DNA of 62,545 nt, the filler included. It is 12 parts of 12 records of this genome, joined end to end, with 100 filler letters (N's around TTAATTAATTAA, not from the genome) between each part and the next. Parts side by side here need not be neighbours in the genome. Positions count along the whole stretch, not along the records: positions 19,177 to 25,216 come from SRR7504441_18673; positions 25,317 to 28,710 come from SRR7504441_18682; positions 28,811 to 37,472 come from SRR7504441_18692; 9 more parts are not named here. One strand, 5' to 3'. Below, piece by piece: positions 19,219-29,119 of the stretch (positions are counted from its first letter, which is position 1; every line of letters starts with the position of its first letter). A model generated the notes under the pieces. It had not been told where the DNA came from. It ran no database searches and worked only from the letters and a program-made list of their open reading frames with translations. The translations under genes and the position numbers were made by a program.

Positions 19219-20811
19219 ATGCTGCGACGCGGTGCACGTGCGGTGGCCTACGGCTGCACGGGGCTGGGCTGCGCGGCGGCTGGATTCGTGGCGTGGGACC
19301 CCGGGCTGCGCCGCGAAGCTGAGTTTTGGTACTTCGCTGGTCCTGTGGCCGCCCGCTACCTGGCCGTCCAGTACACCCACTCGGAGGAGGCTGCGCCCGG
19401 GCGGTACGAGGACCTGCACCGGCTGTACGCCCCGCGGGCCCTGGAGGCTATCCTGGCGCTGAGGGGGCTGTTCATCAAGTTTGGCCAGACCTGCAGCGCC
19501 CGTCCAGAGCTGGTGCCCGAGCCATACAGGCTGGCGTTCGAGCAGCTGCAGTCGGAGGTGCCGGCGGTGGACCTAGGGGCGATCCATCAGACCATCGAGC
19601 GCGAGCTAGGACCGGTGGATGGGCTGTTCTCGAGTCTGGAGCCCACTCCGTGCGGCGCCGCCTCGATCGGGCAAGTTCACCGGGCGGTGGCACTCGACGG
19701 CAGGCAGTTGGTGGTCAAGGTGCAGTACCCTGGCATCCGGGAGGTGTTCGAAGCCGACCTGCGGTCCATCCTGACGCTCGTGTGGCTGGCGCGGCCGAAC
19801 TCGGTGCCGAGCTTTACAGAGTTTGCGAGACAAATCAGACAGGAGCTCGACTACAGGCGCGAGGGCGAGCAGCTCGCGGAGGTGTACCGGGCCGTGATGC
19901 CCAAGTACGGCCGGCAAGTGGCTGTGCCCGAGATTGTGCCGGCGTATTGCTCGGAGAGCGTGCTTGCAATGAGCTTCTTGCCTGGTCGCTCTATCAGCCA
20001 GGTGGCTGGAGGGCTGCAGGCAGCTGGAGTAGACTTGCCCAAGAACCGTGCCGCCATACGAGAATGGGTGGCGCAAGAATCGCCCGAGCCACCCAAGCTG
20101 AGTCACTGGCAGCTGAGGCTGCTGCAGTGGGTCGGGCCTGATAGGGCACTGAGCCTGTGGCGCAGCGTCCAAAGGCTTCATCTGGCTGCGCTGCGAGTGG
20201 CGGTGTCGTTGATGGGATCCGTCCTGCGTCCAGCCGACTGGAGCTGGCTGAGCAGCGCCCAGCGGACGATCTCGCAGGCGGATGCAGCCAGCGCTGCTCG
20301 GGCTATGGTGGAGACCCTTGTCAAAGTGGTTGGCCATCAAATGTTTAGCAACCACGGGTTGTTCCAGGCAGATCCACACCCCGGCAATATCTTGGTGCTG
20401 CCGGATGGCCGCCTCGGCCTCATCGACTACGGCCAGTGCAAGCGGCTTTCAGCAGCTTCGCGGAGGAAGCTCGCACGGCTTGTGCTTAGTGTCGCAGAGC
20501 CGACCGCATCGGATGAAGAGGTGGCGGGCGCTTTTCGGGATTTGGGTCTAGTTACGAAGAACGACGACGACGCTTTCATTGCCAGCTTTGCGCGGCTGAT
20601 CTTTGGCAAAGTGACAGCTCAAACACTAGACAGAGGCTGGCACAAGCAGCTGCATCAGCGCGACTCAGTCCAGACTTTCCCGCCGGATCTGATCATGGTG
20701 ACGCGGACTGTGGGCTTGCTTCGAGGCGTTGGGCTGATGCTCAAATGCAATCCGGGAGTAGCTGAGGTTTGGCGATCCTCTGCTACAAGTGCTCTCCATG
20801 ATTTAACCTGA
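19219..20811 (+). CDS. ABC1/UbiB (ADCK) atypical protein kinase
   Basis: FIKFGQ, AASIGQVH, VVKVQYP, ELDY..E, QADPHPGN, LIDYGQ. Organellar-type N-terminus. Confidence 0.92.
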   Translation: MLRRGARAVAYGCTGLGCAAAGFVAWDPGLRREAEFWYFAGPVAARYLAVQYTHSEEAAPGRYEDLHRLYAPRALEAILALRGLFIKFGQTCSARPELVPEPYRLAFEQLQSEVPAVDLGAIHQTIERELGPVDGLFSSLEPTPCGAASIGQVHRAVALDGRQLVVKVQYPGIREVFEADLRSILTLVWLARPNSVPSFTEFARQIRQELDYRREGEQLAEVYRAVMPKYGRQVAVPEIVPAYCSESVLAMSFLPGRSISQVAGGLQAAGVDLPKNRAAIREWVAQESPEPPKLSHWQLRLLQWVGPDRALSLWRSVQRLHLAALRVAVSLMGSVLRPADWSWLSSAQRTISQADAASAARAMVETLVKVVGHQMFSNHGLFQADPHPGNILVLPDGRLGLIDYGQCKRLSAASRRKLARLVLSVAEPTASDEEVAGAFRDLGLVTKNDDDAFIASFARLIFGKVTAQTLDRGWHKQLHQRDSVQTFPPDLIMVTRTVGLLRGVGLMLKCNPGVAEVWRSSATSALHDLT

Positions 20812-21019
20812 TACTAAAGCTCGAATTTTGATAGACCTAGACACCAATTACCTGCTGTCACACGTCGTCAGCTCGTGCATCAACTCGTGTAGACTATTGT
20901 GGTAATAATTGCAGTTTGCTTCAGTTGCAGCTTGAGCATGTTGCAGGTTTCCGTTTGGGCTTCTTGAAACAGCCACCTGGCGCCGCGAAGCTGCCCGACA
21001 GGGACACGAGCGCTGACGC

Positions 21020-21922
21020 ATGCCCGACAGCAGCGAGCCCGACGAGGAGGCTGGGGGCGAGGCTGTGAGCGTTCGCACGGACGGCCGGCATGTGGCAGTG
21101 GTAACTATCAACAACCCGCGGTCGCTTAACTCGATCACGCCGGAGGTTGCGGTCAGGCTGCATGCGGCCTGGGAGGCCATCAACCGCGACGGCCACATCC
21201 GGGCCGTGGTGATCACCGGCACCGGCTCCCGGGCCTTCTGCAGTGGGGCCGACCTGCGCCGGCTGGTCTCGCTGCTCACCAACGACAGGCAGCCGGCCGA
21301 CCAATGGGATCGGGCCGTGGCAGCGGTGCGCGCCGGCCGGGCTCGGCTGAGCGGTCGGCAGGATCCAACGATCGCGGTGACCAAGCCGACGGTGTTGGAG
21401 CGGCCGTTGATAGCAGCGATCAACGGGAGTGCGATCGCGGGTGGGATGGAACTGGTGCAGGCCACCGACATTCGAATCGCGGCCGACCACGCCATGTTCG
21501 GGCTGACACAGCCCAAGCTCGGCCTGTTCCCTGCCGGTGTGACTGGCCAGCTCCCCCGGCAGCTGCCCTACTGCCACGCGATGGAGCTGCTGCTCACCGG
21601 CCGGTTGATCAGCGCCGAGCGAGCGCTTCAGATTGGGTTCATCAACTACGGTGAACCGGACGGCGGCCTGAGCCAGCGGGGGGCAGTGCTGCCCGGGAGC
21701 CAGGTGCTGCCCAAGGCAATAGAGATTGCTCATCAAATAGCGGCCAACAGCCCTGTGGCGGTTCGGGCTATTCGAGCATCGGTCAAAGCGTGCAGCGTGG
21801 ACAAAGACGCCGCGATCAGGACAGAAGCCGGATTCGCGTCGGAGGTGTTCGCTAGTGAGGATGCTAAGGAGGGCCCGAGAGCTTTCTTGGAGAAGCGGCG
21901 GCCTGAATGGAGTAAACTCTGA
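21020..21922 (+). CDS. Enoyl-CoA hydratase/crotonase family
   Basis: AFCSGADL, PLIAAINGSAIAGGMEL, ELLLTG.LISAERA, SEDAKEGPRAFLEKRRP. The C-terminal SKL is a canonical PTS1. Probable in-frame 36-nt intron near 21650. Confidence 0.92.
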   Translation: MPDSSEPDEEAGGEAVSVRTDGRHVAVVTINNPRSLNSITPEVAVRLHAAWEAINRDGHIRAVVITGTGSRAFCSGADLRRLVSLLTNDRQPADQWDRAVAAVRAGRARLSGRQDPTIAVTKPTVLERPLIAAINGSAIAGGMELVQATDIRIAADHAMFGLTQPKLGLFPAGVTGQLPRQLPYCHAMELLLTGRLISAERALQIGFINYGEPDGGLSQRGAVLPGSQVLPKAIEIAHQIAANSPVAVRAIRASVKACSVDKDAAIRTEAGFASEVFASEDAKEGPRAFLEKRRPEWSKL

Positions 21923-22063
21923 TATATGGTGGCTTGCAATGTTTTGGTATACATGTACATACCATAGCCAACTTTATACTCGTACTCGTACTCGAACTGA
22001 GTTAGTCGTTGACACACTGGTGACTGGCCGCCGGCCGCCCCAAGTTGACTAGTACTGATACAG

Positions 22064-23878
22064 TCATGGCGGCGGGTCGGCTAGCAGGCTGGCGCTGGTG
22101 ATCTCATCGGCTTCTAGCAGCGCCTGCAGCAGGCTGAGGTGCTCTCTATTGGGCATCTTGTCCGCGAACGTCTGTAGGACCACGCTGCTGGCCACCGCCT
22201 TGGCGTCCATCCCGCTGTTTGGCTCGGCCACCACCCGGCGCCAGTGCTCCAGCAACGCCCCGAGCACCGCCCTGTTGGTCTCCGGCATCCCTCGCAGCAA
22301 CGTCAGCTGCATCCCCGGGCTGGCGGCTTTGACCAGCTTGTTGGCCGAGCCGGGCGGAATCAGCCCGCCTTGGAAGCCGGCGATCCACCGGAGCAGCACG
22401 GTCACCACGGTGTGCGAGCTGGTCTCTGGCTCAATCGGCAGCCGGCCCGACTGCTTCAAGCTCGCCTCCATCTGGTTGGCCTTGGCCCTATGCCCGCTCA
22501 GCCGCCACAGCCCCTCAGGCACCCCCGCCTGCTCTAGCCAGTCCAGGCTCTCGACCAGCCAGCTTGGCACTCGCCCAGCTCCAGCCTCCGCGTCGGCCGC
22601 CTCTCCGCCCAGCTGCAGCCCGTCGGTGTACCGGTCCAGTCGCGCCAGCTGCTCCCTGGCCAGCGCCTCGGCCAGCTGCTCCTCCAGCTCGGCCAGCCGC
22701 TGCTGCGTGTGCTGGTTCCTTGCGAGCTCAGCCTCGGCCTCTGCAAGCCGCTCCGTCCTGGCTTGGCTCCCGGCCAGCAGCTCCTCCAGCTCGGCCACCC
22801 GCCGCTCCAGCCGCGCCCGCTCGGCCAGACCGTCCTGCGCCCCGGCCAGCTCGGCCTCCAGCTCCGCTATCCTCCGGTTCAGCTTCTGCTCGGCTTGGCT
22901 CAGCTTGCCCAGATGCACCTGCGACTGCACTTGGCCCATCGCCTGCCGCAGCCGGGCCAGACTATTCTCCGTGCCCGCTCGTTCGGCCCGCTCACCCAGC
23001 TGGGCCTCGGCCTCCGCCAGCCGTCGGTTCAGCGCGGCTGCCTCCTCCGCGGCCTTGGCTTCGCGGTTCTCTGCTGCTGCCAGCCTCTGCCCGGCTGCTA
23101 TTGCCGCCTCCGCGCTCGCAGCTTCCCTCGCCTCGGCCTCGGCCAGCCGCCGCTCCAGCAGCCCATCCGCATCTATATTGGCAGCCTCCAGCTCGGCAAT
23201 CCTCTGCTGGAGTTTCTGCTCAGCCTGGCTCCACTGGCCTGCCTGCGACTGCACCTGGCCCATCGCCTGCCCCAGCCTGCTGCCCTCCGCTCGCTCACCC
23301 AGCTGGGCCTCGACCTCGGCCAGCCTCCGCCTGAGCACTATCACCGCCCCCGCGCCCTCTGCCTCCCTCGCCTCGGCCTCCGCCAGCCGCCGCTCCAGCA
23401 GCTCCTCCCTGGCGCTCACCGGCTCGTCCTCCTGCTCCAGCCAGCCCTCCTGGTCCACCCTCCGCCCCCCACCGCTCGGCTCGGCCTCCAGCTCGAGCAC
23501 CCGGCTGTACAGCGCCCCGCACTGCTCGCGCGCCCGCTCCCCGGCCGCCCGGCTCTCCGCCAGCGCCAACTCCAGCTCGACCAGCCCGTCGGGCAGCCCC
23601 GCCAGCTCGCGCTCCGCGGTGGCCAGCTGCCGCTCCAGCTCGTCCACCCGCCCCTGGAGCAGCTCCGAAGCGCCCAGCCGCTGCTGCATCTCCCCGATCC
23701 GCTGCTGCCGCTCGAACAAGAGCTCCAGCTCCAGGCCAGCCGCCTGCTCCCGGCCGGCCCCGTGGGCCTCGACAGCCTCCCGGAGCTCCACCAGGTCGAG
23801 CCGGGCGTTGGCCTCCGCCAGCCGGCCCTGCTGCATCAGCGCCCTGACCTCCGCCTCCACTGCGCGTTGCTCCAGCAT
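22064..23878 (-). CDS. Coiled-coil protein with C-terminal RhoGAP domain
   Basis: VPSWL..SLDWL...EGLWRLSG (arginine finger), HTVVTVLLRWI....GGLIP, MPETNRAVL..LLEH, SGMDAKAVA. The coiled coil contains an internal duplication of about 70-90 aa. Confidence 0.75.
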   Translation of the reverse strand: MLEQRAVEAEVRALMQQGRLAEANARLDLVELREAVEAHGAGREQAAGLELELLFERQQRIGEMQQRLGASELLQGRVDELERQLATAERELAGLPDGLVELELALAESRAAGERAREQCGALYSRVLELEAEPSGGGRRVDQEGWLEQEDEPVSAREELLERRLAEAEAREAEGAGAVIVLRRRLAEVEAQLGERAEGSRLGQAMGQVQSQAGQWSQAEQKLQQRIAELEAANIDADGLLERRLAEAEAREAASAEAAIAAGQRLAAAENREAKAAEEAAALNRRLAEAEAQLGERAERAGTENSLARLRQAMGQVQSQVHLGKLSQAEQKLNRRIAELEAELAGAQDGLAERARLERRVAELEELLAGSQARTERLAEAEAELARNQHTQQRLAELEEQLAEALAREQLARLDRYTDGLQLGGEAADAEAGAGRVPSWLVESLDWLEQAGVPEGLWRLSGHRAKANQMEASLKQSGRLPIEPETSSHTVVTVLLRWIAGFQGGLIPPGSANKLVKAASPGMQLTLLRGMPETNRAVLGALLEHWRRVVAEPNSGMDAKAVASSVVLQTFADKMPNREHLSLLQALLEADEITSASLLADPPP

Positions 23879-23983
23879 TTTTGACCCCAACGGAAGCGGA
23901 TCCGAGGCACACTCCAAGAATAGATCTGGGATCCGAGAGGCAGCAGCGGGCAGACAGGCTCGACAGCAGTGCAGCAGCGGGTC

Positions 23984-25216
23984 ATGGCGGTGGAGGAGGT
24001 CACCGGGCAGCTGGCGCTCAAGCACGCGTTCGGGTCCCGGGCCTGGATCTCGCGCGGGGTCGGCCAGGACCGGAGCCGACTGGTCTCTCCGGTGCATTTT
24101 GTGGAGGACAGCAGCCAGCTGCTATACTCTGTGGGCCGGCGGGTGGTGCTGCACAACCTCGACCAGAACCTGATGCGCTTCCTGCCCGAGAACCACAGGC
24201 TCGAGTGCGTGGTCTCGCTGGCTATCTCGCCCAACCAGAAGTACGCGGCGGTCTGCGAGCGAGTCTATCCGGAGACCGGCGGCCAAAAGTCGGTGCCGTC
24301 CTCACAGGTGTCGATCTACAACCTGCACGCGCCCACGCTCAAGCGGCGGTGCGTGCTCACCTACGCTGAGATCTCGATCAAAGACTGGAAGGGCGCCTGC
24401 TTCTCGGCCGACAATCACTTCCTGGCCGTCCAGTCCGGACCGCCAGACTGGCTGATTGTGATATGGAGCTGGGCGTCGCCCTCGGCCAAGGTGGTGGCCA
24501 CCTCCAGCGGACGGATCGACGCCAAAGGCTTCGAGGTGCTGCGGGTGGCCTTCCCAGCGCCCGACCGGCCGGCAGGTGTCCAAGCTGTCGTTTGCGCCAT
24601 TTGATAACATCTCGACTGTGCTGGCCGCATCCGGCCCGCGCACGCTCCAGTTCTACAAGCACACGGAGGGCGCGCTCAAGGTGTTCTCGGCCAACATCGG
24701 CAAGCGGGAGATGCCGGTCCTGACCGACCACGCCTACCTGAGCGACGAAGTGATGGTGCTCAGCACGGGAGCGGGTGACGTGTGGGTGCTGCTGGCTTTC
24801 GACCTCAAGGAAATCCTCACCTGCGAGTTCGGGGGCGGAGCTGCCACTGCTATTTCGGCGCTGCCGAATGGGTAGCCCGGTCAGTGGCGTGTTGTGAGCA
24901 GGGCGGCCAGGTTTGTGGTCGGGGGGGCGGGCGGCTACCTGTCAATCTATGAGAACCACGAGCGCAAGGAGCTCTTCCAGTGCTCGCACACATTCAGGTC
25001 GCACGCGCACCCGGACGTGGCGATCAGCGGGCTGGCCACGCTCCGCCAGAACGAGGATTCTGTCGCCTGCATGTTTGAGAATGACCAGGTTGCCGTGTTC
25101 CCGATGGGCCGGATGGACTACCTGGACGAGGATGCCGACCACTTCGTCTACGTCTCATCCGGGATGCACAACGGCCCGATCACGGGGATGGACGTCGCGC
25201 TCAACAAGCCTTTGAT
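23984..25216 (+). CDS. CFAP57: Cilia/flagella-associated WD40 protein CFAP57/WDR65-like, 5' part
   Basis: LKHAFG, LAISPNQKYAAVCE, FSADNHFLAVQSGPPDWLIVIWSW, HNGPITGMDVALNKPL. Micro-introns near 24536 and 24871. Confidence 0.8.
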
Positions 25217-25408
25217 NNNNNNNNNNNNNNNNNNNNNNNNNNNNNNNNNNNNNNNNNNNNTTAATTAATTAANNNNNNNNNNNNNNNNNNNNNNNNNNNN
25301 NNNNNNNNNNNNNNNNACTAACTCAGTAACTGCTCGTATTACACATCACCAAGTGCTGGAGGAGATAAATATACTCCTCTACACTGCAGTACTCGTAGGT
25401 CTAAAGTG

Positions 25409-28400
25409 TCACCCTGGAGGTTCTCGATCCGATGCTGACACATACACCGAGTCCAGCCACGTTTGATGTGATTCTCTGGTGGAAGATCGAGCAAGTCCTT
25501 CAAGCTCGACTCCATCAAAGTCTGATCCCACCTCGCTCAACTCGGACGCCGTACCGAAATCAGCAGCGTCGTATCTAGACAAGCGATTAGGAAGCGGCTC
25601 TATCGTGTCGGGATCCATGCAGCGGTTTTCGTATAGCTCAGGAACTGGTATAATCAGGTTGAGCACCAGCACAACAAAAGCAAGTACACCAGATATCAAG
25701 TCCAAGTAACTATACCAATGCGTGGCGTGGTGGATTTCCCAGCCCCATAGATTGCGTCTGACCACAACTGTGCTGAGCTGCGTGACCATCGCCTGAAATG
25801 CACACCAAAGCTCAATAAAGTCCCCAGCTAGGAGCTTAATTAATACTCACCTTGTAGCAATAGACATGCCATCTATAATAAGTCACTGCAGTGCCAACAA
25901 TCACAACAAGTGCAAACGGTATCGTCATGAATTTGCGCGCCCGGGTATCATACTCGGGCGACGTCCGAAGCCGTGTGATCACAACCAGCGGGATCTGGAT
26001 CAGACACGTCGCAGCGATGATTGCATAGACCGAGAATCCGGCCTTGTAGCAATCTTCACACATCGCCGATTCTAATCCTTTGGTGCACCCAGTGCTGTGC
26101 TGCTTCCACTCCGTGCCTGTGGCTTCGTACCCAATGTTCATGCAATCGTAATAGTTGTAAACGCACGTAGGGTAGGTCCCAGTGGGAAGTGGGTAGTCGA
26201 CTTGCATCAACACATTGCCGTTTATATCCAATGCGGTGCTGTCAACGCAGTTGATGCGAAATGATGGGTCGGCTATGGAGGGGTCCATCCATGAAGTGGC
26301 AGTGCCGTCGGCAACCGTGGCCCCTGCAGCATCGGTCGCCACTACAAAGCCGGTGGCACACGAGACGGATCCATAACTGTGGGTGACGGTCCCGTCCGAG
26401 AAAGAGTAAGACCCCCCATTCGCTGTGTAGATTTGGCTCCTGCAACGAGGGGTCAGAGGCAAGCAAGCGTGTCGTCACCAGGGGTTACTCCAGGGATATC
26501 CAGTATTATAAACCTGGCCACCAGTATGAGCGTAGACCATGGCCTGTTTCCAGCCAGTTTCCGCAAGGTCGCGCTCCACAGCTCCGCAGGTCAACCGGAA
26601 GCTTATGGAATATGTGTTACCATCTTCAGAGAGGTACGTGACCGGAGTGCACGCGCCAGAAGTAAACGTACCATTGTAATCAACATACTCGTTTTCGTAT
26701 CTCGTTAGACTGTCCATGATGTAGAAACCTCCATTCAGACAATTTGCACCTAGAACAAACTCTCCGCCCGCTGGAATATTTGCTATAAAATTTCGTGCAT
26801 TCCTTCCGTAGTTGAAAATAACCTCAGACGCGCTCTGGCTGATAGTGGTGCATGTTGTATCAACTGTAGAGACCTCTAATGCACCATACTGAATGTATCT
26901 CGTGTCTTCAGTAAGTTCCAGTCCCTTGTGGGAGTAGGTCAGAACACCCAAGTCGAAACCAATTTGGATCGGAACTATAGCTGTTATTCCACGCACATTA
27001 TTAGCACCACCCGATCCCCAGCTGCAGCTGCTGATGAAATCACTGTCCTTTGACACTCCATAAACTAGAATGAAGATCCCGATCAGTGCCGAGACCGCAG
27101 CTACAGTGTTGACAACAAAGCTGAATCGTTTTCGGTGGACACCAAACGATCGGGGTCCTGTCTTAGCAAGAAGGCCACAAAGTGTCAAGCCAGAGAGAAA
27201 TCTCATGGTATCGCCCCACCGAGTCTTGGCCATGTCGTTCACCTTCTCGACCTCCTCAACAATCCTGTTTCTCTCCTCGTGATTACACAGCCCTAGGACT
27301 CCCTTGAGCAGCCTGAGCATCCTCGGATCGCTCGAGACTGCTCGATGATCGCAGCCCGGCAGCTCGAATACGTCCACTTCGCGTGTAGCGTCTCTCCAAG
27401 TTGCTGGAAATCGAAGCGAGTGATAGGGCACCTGCGAACAGCGCGTTTCTAATCAGGGAGGTGGCAGTTACGCACCGTGCCGTCTCCTGACAGGAAGACT
27501 TGCTCGCCTGTGTCAGGCTGGATCTGCGCCACCGAGCTTGTCTCGTAGCCCAGCCCGTTGATTGTGACCAAACCGTCCACGTCGCCCTCTTGATCCAGCT
27601 CAAATGCAGCGCTCAGTTCAGATTGTAGACCACCACGGCAGAGCACAGGTCGATGCTTGAGGAACATGCTTCGCACAGTCGGGGTATTGACCCCATATAT
27701 GCATGTCATCTGGGCCACCGGTGGTGCGGCATCGTTGTCGGCCAGTTCGCCGCCCGGAGCCGGCACCTTCCACGAAGTGTCTGGCTGGGGGTAGACCCCT
27801 TCAAGCTTGTGGAGTGCCAGCGCCCGTCCTGGGCTCCAACTCGACCGACGCTTCTCAGTGCCTGGGCAGCATTGGATGGGCGTATAGCTGGTTCCTCGGC
27901 CACCCCTGTGCTGGGCTAGCGGATGGTCTACGCGTGGGAGTAGCTTTGAGCCCCAGTCGGCCAGGGCGTCACTCGATGTGAGTGCCAGAATCAACTTGAC
28001 GACTGCGACCGGATCCGACGCATTTGGATCCCTCAGCTCCAGAGCCACGCTACGCTCTGTCAGTGTCTCCCGCTCAGCCAGTGCACCCGAATACACGTAT
28101 TCGGCCTTCCCCAGGGCAGTGCCAGCATCCGACACGAGACCAACCCGGAGAGGGATCGACCCAATTGCGCCCGAGTCGACCGAAAACGTGATTCTCTCCA
28201 CGTAAGGCGACAAGCGGCCAAACGAGCAGTCCTGCACCGCTTGCACCTTTCTCCCTGCGCATTCCACCCAGAGCCGGGCGGTGGGCCGATCGATTTGGTC
28301 CGTGTGCTCCACCGGGCCAAGCTTGATCTGTAGGTACGCTTCATCTCGAATGAACAGGAACGGCAGATCCAACCCGTCTTGCCAATCGCCGATGGGCTGG

Positions 28401-28710
28401 AGATATCTGCCGACCGGGACCGATCGGAGGATGGTGAGCATCTGTGATTGGCTGAACAGGATGTCCAGCGGGGGGAAGGTTCCATCCTGCAGCCGGCTGA
28501 GTCGTAAGTAATTAGGGCGGATCTCACCACCATCACAGCTTGCATCAGCTTTACAGCCCCCAGGAACGGACCACCGAGGGCCACGAAATTCTGAATGTGC
28601 TTGGTCATCCAGGCCTCGCCCTTTCGAGCATGACAGAAGTGCAGGAAATACTGTGATCACCCGGAACTCAATGCATCTCCGATTAATTATCATCACCTTG
28701 GCGATCCGAC
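25409..28710 (-). CDS. LCAT/PDAT-type acyltransferase/phospholipase fused to a C-terminal four-TM domain (5'-truncated)
   Basis: W..KHIQNFVALGGPFLGA, CIYGVNTPT, GDGT|VPYHSL (catalytic Asp), GCDHR (catalytic His). The same exon continues into TM1, a long Cys-containing loop and three more TMs, with further introns near 26440-26478 and 25793-25850. Confidence 0.75.
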
Positions 28711-28810
28711 NNNNNNNNNNNNNNNNNNNNNNNNNNNNNNNNNNNNNNNNNNNNTTAATTAATTAANNNNNNNNNNNNNNNNNNNNNNNNNNNNNNNNNN
28801 NNNNNNNNNN

Positions 28811-28875
28811 CAGATGCCCTTCCCGCCGCACTCCTTGCATATGCTGCGCCGCCGGCCGTGGGGGCAAGGCGCCAT
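28811..28875 (-). CDS. Start of a CxHG...CKECGG..IC cysteine-repeat protein (3'-truncated)
   Basis: ATG at 28875 reads MAPCPHGRRRSICKECGGKGI(C) up to the contig edge. Confidence 0.6.
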
Positions 28876-29119
28876 GTCGGCAGATGATCCAACCGCTTAT
28901 CCGTTGGTCGAAAACTGAATCCAAGGAGTTACTGTAACTTGGTAACTTACGTGAGGCTAGTAGTTAGGTTAGTGCAAACTTGTACTTGCCAGTGTTAAGT
29001 CGAAAATTTAAGTGTAAATGTACATAGCTAAAGGATAATTGCAAGATACCCCATGCACCAAGTGCCATGTATGTACAATCATTAATGTCATGTACTGTAA
29101 GTTAGCCACTCGGCAGTAC

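Noticed and set aside
22098-24173. 691-aa plus-strand ORF and similar long Ser/Ala/Arg-rich ORFs (e.g. 12483-13475, 57560-59216)
   Set aside because: These are antisense shadows of GC-rich coiled-coil genes and carry no motifs.
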